A stretch of 64,000 nucleotides of DNA from Botryllus schlosseri (Eukaryota), in NCBI GenBank assembly GCA_051294905.1, contig CM119371.1, positions 18,788,001 through 18,852,000 on the forward strand, in the 5' to 3' direction. Below are positions 1 to 10,488 of this stretch, in pieces. The notes below the pieces were generated by a model that worked only from the letters and a program-made list of their open reading frames with translations, did not search any database and was not told the origin of the DNA. Position 1 is the first letter of the stretch; each line of letters opens with the position of its first letter. The position numbers were made by a program, and so were the translations under genes.

Positions 1-48
1 TGGCGACGTAAATTGTCACTAAAAACGGCACAGATCGTAACCACTGTC

Positions 49-169
49 GCCTACGACCATACCACGTTGAATATACCCGATCTCGTCCGATCTCGGAAGT
101 CAAGCAATGTTTGGCCCGGTTAGTACTTGCATGGGTGACCGGCTGGGAATACCGGGTGTAGTAGGCGGC
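49..169 (+). rRNA. 5S rRNA: 5S rRNA gene variant (CAATGTTTGG helix II substitutions, altered upstream box); possibly non-functional
   Basis: Two substitutions in the 3' strand of helix II plus upstream CACTAAAAA instead of CACATAAAA. Confidence 0.8.
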
Positions 170-312
170 TTTTTCATTTTTTTCGCACAAACTCGATCAA
201 TTTGATCGCTGCGCTGTATTCACGTATGAAGTATCGCGCGAAATTTGTAATTGAAGTCGGCCTAACGCATTTTCATTATATCGCAATCGTCTTAGAGAAA
301 CGGACAATGTCA

Positions 313-319
313 CATAAAA
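313..319 (+). promoter_or_regulatory. TATA-like upstream element (CATAAAA, about -31 to -25), repeated before nearly every 5S gene
   Basis: TGTCACATAAAACGGCA is shared by otherwise dissimilar short and long spacers at almost the same distance from the gene. Confidence 0.7.
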
Positions 320-343
320 CGGCAGAAACTGTCACGATCTGTC

Positions 344-464
344 GCCTACGACCATACCACGTTGAATATACCCGATCTCGTCCGATCTCGGAAGTCAAGT
401 AACGTTGGGCCCGGTTAGTACTTGCATGGGTGACCGGCTGGGAATACCGGGTGTAGTAGGCGGC
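344..464 (+). rRNA. 5S rRNA: 5S rRNA gene, representative of the short-spacer (295-bp) class, AAGTAACG allele
   Basis: Typical metazoan 5S sequence: 5' GCCTAC pairs with 3' GTAGGC, loop C CGATCTCGTCCGATCTCGG, loop E GTTAGTAC/GGGAATAC, oligo-T terminator. Confidence 0.95.
393..440 (+). promoter_or_regulatory. Pol III type 1 internal control region (box A, intermediate element, box C), representative copy
   Basis: Positions +50 to +97 of the 5S gene by established numbering; AGTCAAG...GCATGGGTGACCGGCTG. Confidence 0.8.
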
Positions 465-478
465 TTTTTCATTTTTTT
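465..478 (+). terminator. RNA polymerase III terminator T5-CA-T7, representative copy
   Basis: Oligo-T runs immediately 3' of each 5S gene; the 514-bp class has T4-GCA-T6. Confidence 0.9.
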
Positions 479-1142
479 CGCACAAACTCGATCAATTTGA
501 TCGCTGCGCTGTATTCACGTATGAAGTATCGCGCGAAATTTGTAATTGTAGTCGGCCTAACGCATTTTCATTATATCGCAATCGTCTAAAAGAAACGGAT
601 AATGTCACATAAAACGGCAGAAACTGACACGATCTGTCGCCTACGACCATACCACGTTGAATATACCCGATCTCGGAAGTCAAGTAACGTTGGGCCCGGT
701 TAGTACTTGCATGGGTGACCGGCTGGGAATACCGGGTGTAGGTAGGCGGCTTTTGCATTTTTTGTGCGCAAACTCGATCGTTTTGATTGCAACTGTTTTG
801 TATGCGCACGTAGGCCTACGTACAACTATGATTGTCATCATTTGCTGGCCGCCGCTTATTTCAATTGGTAGTTATACTAGGCCTGACACATTGTCATTAT
901 ATCGAAATCTCGTGCTGTTTTCACATGACGAAAAGTGCAATAAAATAACTACTCTGACAGCGAGAGCTTACTTGTGTGTTTGTCGACAAGATACAAGAAC
1001 AGAGCAGGACGCCAATGATATTCGACCTCTAATTGGTCAGAAAGTGCCTCGGCGCAATAAGACTATCTACTATTCTGGCGTCTCGTCGACAGCATGGCGA
1101 CGGAAATTGTCACATAAAACGGCACAGATCGTAACCACTGTC

Positions 1143-1263
1143 GCCTACGACCATACCACGTTGAATATACCCGATCTCGTCCGATCTCGGAAGTCGAGCA
1201 ACGTTGGGCCCGGTTAGTACTTGCATGGGTGACCGGCTGGGAATACCGGGTGTAGTAGGCGGC
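1143..1263 (+). rRNA. 5S rRNA: 5S rRNA gene following the 514-bp spacer class, GTCGAGC box A variant
   Basis: Full-length 5S with AAGTCGAGCAAC instead of AAGTCAAGCAAC. Confidence 0.9.
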
Positions 1264-4200
1264 TTTTTCATTTTTTTCGCACAAACTCGATCAATTTGAT
1301 CGCTGCGCTGTATTCACGTATGAAGTATCGCGCGAAATTTGTAATTGTAGTCGGCCTAACGCATTTTCATTATATCGCAATCGTCTTAGAGAAACGGACA
1401 ATGTCACATAAAACGGCAGAAACTGTCTCGATTTGTCGCCTACGACCATACCACGTTGAATATACCCGATCTCGTCCGCTCTCGGAAGTCAAGTAACGTT
1501 GGGCCCGGTTAGTACTTGAATGGGTGACCGGCTGGGAATACCGGGTGTAGTAGGCGGCTTTTTCATTTTTTTCGCACAAACTCGATCAATTTGATCGCTG
1601 CGCTGTATTCACGTATGAAGTATCGCGCGAAATTTGTAATTGTAGTCGGCCTAACGCATTTTCATTATATCGCAATCGTCTTAGAGAAACGGACAATGTC
1701 ACATAAAACGGCAGAAACTGTCTCGATCTGTCGCCTACGACCATACCACGTTGAATATACCCGATCTCGTCCGATCTCGGAAGTCAAGTAACGTTGGGCC
1801 CGGTTAGTACTTGCATGGGTGACCGGCTGGGAATACCGGGTGTAGTAGGCGGCTTTTTCATTTTTTTCGCACAAACTCGATCAATTTGATCGCTGCGCTG
1901 TATTCACGTATGAAGTATCGCGCGAAATTTGTAATTGTAGTCGGCCTAACGCATTTTCATTATATCGCATCGTCTTAGAGAAACGGACAATGTCACATAA
2001 AACGGCAGAAACTGTCTCGATCTGTCGCCTACGACCATACCACGTTGAATATACCCGATCTCGTCCGATCTCGGAAGTCAAGTAACGTTGGGCACGGTTA
2101 GTACTTGCATGGGTGACCGGCTGGGAATACCGGGTGTAGTAGGCGGCTTTTTCATTTTTTTCGCACAAACTCGATCAATTTGATCGCTGCGCTGTATTCA
2201 CGTATGAAGTATCGCGCGAAATTTGTAATTGTAGTCGGCCTAACGCATTTTCATTATATCGCAATCGTCTTAGAGAAACGGACAATGTCACATAAAACGG
2301 CAGAAACTGTCTCGATCTGTCGCCTACGACCATACCACGTTGAATATACCCGATCTCGTCCGATCTCGGAAGTCAAGTAACGTTGGGCCCGGTTAGTACT
2401 TGCATGGGTGACCGGCTGGGAATACCGGGTGTAGTAGGCGGCATTTTCATTTTTTTCGCACAAACTCGATCAATTTGATCGCTGCGCTGTATTCACGTAT
2501 GAAGTATCGCGCGAAATTTGTAATTGTAGTCGGCCTAACGCATTTTCATTATATCGCAATCGTCCTAGAGAAACGGACAATGTCACATAAAACGGCAGAA
2601 ACTGTCTCGATCTGTCGCCTACGACCATACCACGTTGAATATACCCGATCTCGTCCGATCTCGGAAGTCAAGTAACGTTGGGCCCGGTTAGTACTTGCAT
2701 GGGTGACCGGCTGGGAATACCGGGTGTAGGTAGGCGGCTTTTGCATTTTTTGTGCGCAAACTCGATCGTTTTGATTGCAACTGTTTTGTATGCGCACGTA
2801 GGCCTACGTACAACTATGATTGTCATCATTTGCTGGCCGCCGCTTATTTCAATTGGTAGTTATACTAGGCCTGACACATTGTCATTATATCGAAATCTCG
2901 TGCTGTTTTCACATGACGAAAAGTGCAATAAAATAACTACTCTGACAGCGAGAGCTTACTTGTGTGTTTGTCGACAAGATACAAGAACAGAGCAGGACGC
3001 CAATGATATTCGACCTCTAATTGGTCAGAAAGTGCCTCGGCGCAATAAGACTATCTACTATTCTGGCGTCTCGTCGACAGCATGGCGACGGAAATTGTCA
3101 CATAAAACGGCACAGATCGTAACCACTGTCGCCTACGACCATACCACGTTGAATATACCCGATCTCGTCCGATCTCGGAAGTCGAGCAACGTTGGGCCCG
3201 GTTAGTACTTGCATGGGTGACCGGCTGGGAATACCGGGTGTAGTAGACGGCTTTTTCATTTTTTTCGCACAAACTCGATCAATTTGATCGCTGCGCTGTA
3301 TTCACGTATGAAGTATCGCGCGAAATTTGTAATTGTAGTCGGCCTAACGCATTTTCATTATATCGCAATCGTCTTAGAGAAACGGACAATGTCACATAAA
3401 ACGGCAGAAACTGTCTCGATCTGTCGCCTACGACCATACCACGTTGAATATACCCGATCTCGTCCGATCTCGGAAGTCAAGTAACGTTGGGCCCGGTTAG
3501 TACTTGCATGGGTGACCGGCTGGGAATACCGGGTGTAGGTAGGCGGCTTTTGCATTTTTTGTGCGCAAACTCGATCGTTTTGATTGCAACTGTTTTGTAT
3601 GCGCACGTAGGCCTACGTACAACTATGATTGTCATCATTTGCTGGCCGCCGCTTATTTCAATTGGTAGTTATACTAGGCCTGACACCGTGTCATTATATC
3701 GAAATCTCGTGCTGTTTTCACATGACGAAAAGTGCAATAAAATAACTACTCTGACAGCGAGAGCTTACTTGTGTGTTTGTCGACAAGATACAAGAACAGA
3801 GCAGGACGCCAATGATATTCGACCTCTAATTGGTCAGAAAGTGCCTCGGCGCAATAAGACTATCTACTATTCTGGCGTCTCGTCGACAGCATGGCGACGG
3901 AAATTGTCACATAAAACGGCACAGATCGTAACCACTGTCGCCTACGACCATACCACGTTGAATATACCCGATCTCGTCCGATCTCGGAAGTCGAGCAACG
4001 TTGGGCCCGGTTAGTACTTGCATGGGTGACCGGCTGGGAATACCGGGTGTAGTAGACGGCTTTTTCATTTTTTTCGCACAAACTCGATCAATTTGATCGC
4101 TGCGCTGTATTCACGTATGAAGTATCGCGCGAAATTTGTAATTGTAGTCGGCCTAACACATTTTCATGATATCGCAATCTCGTGCTGTTTTGACATGACG

Positions 4201-7200
4201 AAAATTCCAATAAAATAACTACTCTGACAGCGAGAGCTTACTTGTCTGTTTTTCGACCAGACACAAGAACAGAGCAGGACGCCAATGATATTCGACCTCT
4301 AGTTGGTCAGAAAGTGCCTCGGCGCAATAAGACTATCTACTATTCTGGCGTCTCGTCGACAGCATGGCGACGGAAATTGTCACATAAAACGGCACAGATC
4401 GTAACCACTGTCGCCTACGACCATACCACGTTGAATATACCCGATCTCGTCCGATCTCGGAAGTCAAGCAACGTTGGGCCCGGTTAGTACTTGCATGGGT
4501 GACCGGCTGGGAATACCGGGTGTAGTAGACGGCTTTTTCATTTTTTTCGCACAAACTCGATCAATTTGATCGCTGCGCTGTATTCACGTATGAAGTATCG
4601 CGCGAAATTTGTAATTGTAGTCGGCCTAACACATTTTCATGATATCGAAATCTCGTGCTGTTTTTACATGACGAAAATTCCAATAAAATAACTACTCTGA
4701 CAGCGAGAGCTTACTTGTCTGTTTTTCGACCAGACACAAGAACAGAGCAGGACGCCAATGATATTCGACCTCTTGTTGGTCAGAAAGTGCCTCGGCGCAA
4801 TAAGACTATCTATACTATTCTGGCGTCTCGTCGACAGCATGTCGACGGAAATTGTCACATAAAACGGCACAGATCGTAACCACTGTCGCCTACGACCATA
4901 CCACGTTGAATATACCCGATCTCGTCCGATTTCGGAAGTCAAGCAACGTTGGGCCCGGTTAGTACTTGCATGGGTGACCGGCTGGGAATACCGGGTGTAG
5001 TAGGCGGCTTTTTCATTTTTTTCGCACAAACTCGATCAATTTGATCGCTGCGCTGTATTCACGTATGAAGTATCGCGCGAAATTTGTAATTGTAGTCGGC
5101 CTAACACATTTTCATGATATCGCAATCTCGTGCTGTTTTGACATGACGAAAATTCCAATAAAATAACTACTCTGACAGCGAGAGCTTACTTGTCTGTTTT
5201 TCGACCAGACACAAGAACAGAGCAGGACGACAATGATATTCGACTTCTAGTTGGTCAGAAAGTGCCTCGGCGCAATAAGACTATCTACTATTCTGGCGTC
5301 TCGTCGACAGCATGGCGACGGAAATTGTCACATAAAACGGCACAGATCGTAACCACTGTCGCCTACGACCATACCGCGTTGAATATACCCGATCTCGTCC
5401 GATCTCGGAAGTCAAGTAACGTTGGGCCCGGTTAGTACTTGCATGGGTGACCGGCTGGGAATACCGGGTGTAGGTAGGCGGCTTTTGCATTTTTTGTGCG
5501 CAAACTCGATCGTTTTGATTGCAACTGTTTTGTATGCGCACGTAGGCCTACGTACAACTATGATTGTCATCATTTGCTGGCCGCCGCTTATTTCAATTGG
5601 TAGTTATACTAGGCCTGACACATTGTCATTATATCGAAATCTCGTGCTGTTTTCACATGACGAAAAGTGCAATAAAATAACTACTCTGACAGCGAGAGCT
5701 TCCTTGTGTGTTTGTCGACAAGATACAAGAACAGAGCAGGACGCCAATGATATTCGACCTCTAATTGGTCAGAAAGTGCCTCGGCGCAATAAGACTATCT
5801 ACTATTCTGGCGTCTCGTCGACAGCATGGCGACGGAAATTGTCACATAAAACGGCACAGATCGTAACCACTGTCGCCTACGACCATACCACGTTGAATAT
5901 ACCCGATCTCGTCCGATCTCGGAAGTCGAGCAACGTTGGGCCCGGTTAGTACTTGCATGGGTGACCGGCTGGGAATACCGGGTGTAGTAGGCGGCTTTTT
6001 CATTTTTTTTCGCACAAACTCGATCAATTTGATCGCTGCGCTGTATTCACGTATGAAGTATCGCGCGAAATTTGTAATTGTAGTCGGCCTAACACATTTT
6101 CATGATATCGCAATCTCGTGCTGTTTTGACATGACGAAAATTCCAATAAAATAACTACTCTGACAGCGAGAGCTTACTTGTCTGTTTTTCGACCAGACAC
6201 AAGAACAGAGCAGGACGACAATGATATTCGACTTCTAGTTGGTCAGAAAGTGCCTCGGCGCAATAAGACTATCTACTATTCTGGCGTCTCGTCGACAGCA
6301 TGGCGACGGAAATTGTCACATAAAACGGCACAGATCGTAACCACTGTCGCCTACGACCATACCGCGTTGAATATACCCGATCTCGTCCGATCTCGGAAGT
6401 CAAGTAACGTTGGGCCCGGTTAGTACTTGCATGGGTGACCGGCTGGGAATACCGGGTGTAGGTAGGCGGCTTTTGCATTTTTTGTGCGCAAACTCGATCG
6501 TTTTGATTGCAACTGTTTTGTATGCGCACGTAGGCCTACGTACAACTATGATTGTCATCATTTGCTGGCCGCCGCTTATTTCAATTGGTAGTTATACTAG
6601 GCCTGACACATTGTCATTATATCGAAATCTCGTGCTGTTTTCACATGACGAAAAGTGCAATAAAATAACTACTCTGACAGCGAGAGCTTCCTTGTGTGTT
6701 TGTCGACAAGATACAAGAACAGAGCAGGACGCCAATGATATTCGACCTCTAATTGGTCAGAAAGTGCCTCGGCGCAATAAGACTATCTACTATTCTGGCG
6801 TCTCGTCGACAGCATGGCGACGGAAATTGTCACATAAAACGGCACAGATCGTAACCACTGTCGCCTACGACCATACCACGTTGAATATACCCGATCTCGT
6901 CCGATCTCGGAAGTCGAGCAACGTTGGGCCCGGTTAGTACTTGCATGGGTGACCGGCTGGGAATACCGGGTGTAGTAGGCGGCTTTTTCATTTTTTTTCG
7001 CACAAACTCGATCAATTTGATCGCTGCGCTGTATTCACGTATGAAGTATCGCGCGAAATTTGTAATTGTAGTCGGCCTAACACATTTTCATGATATCGCA
7101 ATCTCGTGCTGTTTTGACATGACGAAAATTCCAATAAAATAACTACTCTGACAGCGAGAGCTTACTTGTCTGTTTTTGGACCAGACACAAGAACAGAGCA

Positions 7201-8798
7201 GGACGCCAATGATATTCGACTTCTAGTTGGTCAGAAAGTGCCTCGGCGCAATAAGACTATCTACTATTCTGGCGTCTCGTCGACAGCATGGCGACGGAAA
7301 TTGTCACATAAAACGGCACAGATCGTAACCACTGTCGCCTACGACCATACCGCGTTGAATATACCCGATCTCGTCCGATCTCGGAAGTCAAGCAACGTTG
7401 GGCCCGGTTAGTACTTGCATGGGTGACCGGCTGGGAATACCGGGTGTAGGTAGGCGGCTTTTGCATTTTTTGTGCGCAAACTCGATCGTTTTGATTGCAA
7501 CTGTTTTGTATGCGCACGTAGGCCTACGTACAACTATGATTGTCATCATTTGCTGGCCGCCGCTTATTTCAATTGGTAGTTATACTAGGCCTGACACATT
7601 GTCATTATATCGAAATCTCGTGCTGTTTTCACATGACGAAAAGTGCAATAAAATAACTACTCTGACAGCGAGAGCTTACTTGTGTGTTTGTCGACAAGAT
7701 ACAAGAACAGAGCAGGACGCCAATGATATTCGACCTCTAATTGGTCAGAAAGTGCCTCGGCGCAATAAGACTATCTACTATTCTGGCGTCTCGTCGACAG
7801 CATGGCGACGGAAATTGTCACATAAAACGGCACAGATCGTAACCACTGTCGCCTACGACCATACCACGTTGAATATACCCGATCTCGTCCGATCTCGGTA
7901 GTCGAGCAACGTTGGGCCCGGTTAGTACTTGCATGGGTGACCGGCTGGGAATACCGGGTGTAGTAGACGGCTTTTTCATTTTTTTCGCACAAACTCGATC
8001 AATTTGATCGCTGCGCTGTATTCACGTATGAAGTATCGCGCGAAATTTGTAATTGTAGTCGGCCTAACACATTTTCATGATATCGCAATCTCGTGCTGTT
8101 TTGACATGACGAAAATTCCAATAAAATAACTACTCTGACAGCGAGAGCTTACTTGTCTGTTTTTCGACCAGACACAAGAACAGAGCAGGACGCCAATGAT
8201 ATTCGACCTCTAGTTGGTCAGAAAGTGCCTCGGCGCAATAAGACTATCTACTATTCTGGCGTCTCGTCGACAGCATGGCGACGGAAATTGTCACATAAAA
8301 CGGCACAGATCGTAACCACTGTCGCCTACGACCATACCACGTTGAATATACCCGATCTCGTCCGATCTCGGAAGTCAAGCAACGTTGGGCCCGGTTAGTA
8401 CTTGCATGGGTGACCGGCTGGGAATACCGGGTGTAGTAGACGGCTTTTTCATTTTTTTCGCACAAACTCGATCAATTTGATCGCTGCGCTGTATTCACGT
8501 ATGAAGTATCGCGCGAAATTTGTAATTGTAGTCGGCCTAACACATTTTCATGATATCGAAATCTCGTGCTGTTTTTACATGACGAAAATTCCAATAAAAT
8601 AACTACTCTGACAGCGAGAGCTTACTTGTCTGTTTTTCGACCAGACACAAGAACAGAGCAGGACGCCAATGATATTCGACCTCTTGTTGGTCAGAAAGTG
8701 CCTCGGCGCAATAAGACTATCTATACTATTCTGGCGTCTCGTCGACAGCATGGCGACGGAAATTGTCACATAAAACGGCACAGATCGTAACCACTGTC

Positions 8799-8919
8799 GC
8801 CTACGACCATACCACGTTGAATATACCCGATCTCGTCCGATCTCGGAAGTCAAGCAACGTTGGGCCCGGTTAGTACTTGCATGGGTGACCGGCTGGGAAT
8901 ACCGGGTGTAGTAGGCGGC
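8799..8919 (+). rRNA. 5S rRNA: 5S rRNA gene, representative of the long-spacer (473-475 bp) class, AAGCAACG allele
   Basis: Full-length gene; helix II CCACGTTG/CAACGTTGG intact; T5-CA-T7 terminator. Confidence 0.95.
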
Positions 8920-10377
8920 TTTTTCATTTTTTTCGCACAAACTCGATCAATTTGATCGCTGCGCTGTATTCACGTATGAAGTATCGCGCGAAATTTGTAA
9001 TTGTAGTCGGCCTAACACATTTTCATGATATCGCAATCTCGTGCTGTTTTGACATGACGAAAATTCCAATAAAATAACTACTCTGACAGCGAGAGCTTAC
9101 TTGTCTGTTTTTCGACCAGACACAAGAACAGAGCAGGACGACAATGATATTCGACTTCTAGTTGGTCAGAAAGTGCCTCGGCGCAATAAGACTATCTACT
9201 ATTCTGGCGTCTCGTCGACAGCATGGCGACGGAAATTGTCACATAAAACGGCACAGATCGTAACCACTGTCGCCTACGACCATACCGCGTTGAATATACC
9301 CGATCTCGTCCGATCTCGGAAGTCAAGCAACGTTGGGCCCGGTTAGTACTTGCATGGGTGACCGGCTGGGAATACCGGGTGTAGGTAGGCGGCTTTTGCA
9401 TTTTTTGTGCGCAAACTCGATCGTTTTGATTGCAACTGTTTTGTATGCGCACGTAGGCCTACGTACAACTATGATTGTCATCATTTGCTGGCCGCCGCTT
9501 ATTTCAATTGGTAGTTATACTAGGCCTGACACATTGTCATTATATCGAAATCTCGTGCTGTTTTCACATGACGAAAAGTGCAATAAAATAACTACTCTGA
9601 CAGCGAGAGCATACTTGTGTGTTTGTCGACAAGATACAAGAACAGAGCAGGACGCCAATGATATTCGACCTCTAGTTGGTCAGAAAGTGCCTCGGCGCAA
9701 TAAGACTATCTATACTATTCTGGCGTCTCGTCGACAGCATGGCGACGTAAATTGTCACTAAAAACGGCACAGATCGTAACCACTGTCGCCTACGACCATA
9801 CCACGTTGAATATACCCGATCTCGTCCGATCTCGGAAGTCAAGCAATGTTTGGCCCGGTTAGTACTTGCATGGGTGACCGGCTGGGAATACCGGGTGTAG
9901 TAGGCGGCTTTTTCATTTTTTTCGCACAAACTCGATCAATTTGATCGCTGCGCTGTATTCACGTATGAAGTATCGCGCGAAATTTGTAATTGTAGTCGGC
10001 CTAACGCATTTTCATTATATCGCAATCGTCTTAGAGAAACGGACAATGTCACATAAAACGGCAGAAACTGTCACGATCTGTCGCCTACGACCATACCACG
10101 TTGAATATACCCGATCTCGTCCGATCTCGGAAGTCAAGTAACGTTGGGCCCGGTTAGTACTTGCATGGGTGACCGGCTGGGAATACCGGGTGTAGTAGGC
10201 GGCTTTTTCATTTTTTTCGCACAAACTCGATCAATTTGATCGCTGCGCTGTATTCACGTATGAAGTATCGCGCGAAATTTGTAATTGTAGTCGGCCTAAC
10301 GCATTTTCATTATATCGCAATCGTCTAAAAGAAACGGATAATGTCACATAAAACGGCAGAAACTGACACGATCTGTC

Positions 10378-10488
10378 GCCTACGACCATACCACGTTGAA
10401 TATACCCGATCTCGGAAGTCAAGTAACGTTGGGCCCGGTTAGTACTTGCATGGGTGACCGGCTGGGAATACCGGGTGTAGTAGGCGGC
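10378..10488 (+). pseudogene. 5S pseudogene with a 10-bp deletion in helix III/loop C (14 copies counted in the window)
   Basis: CCCGATCTCGGAAG instead of CCCGATCTCGTCCGATCTCGGAAG; unit length 285 bp. Confidence 0.9.
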
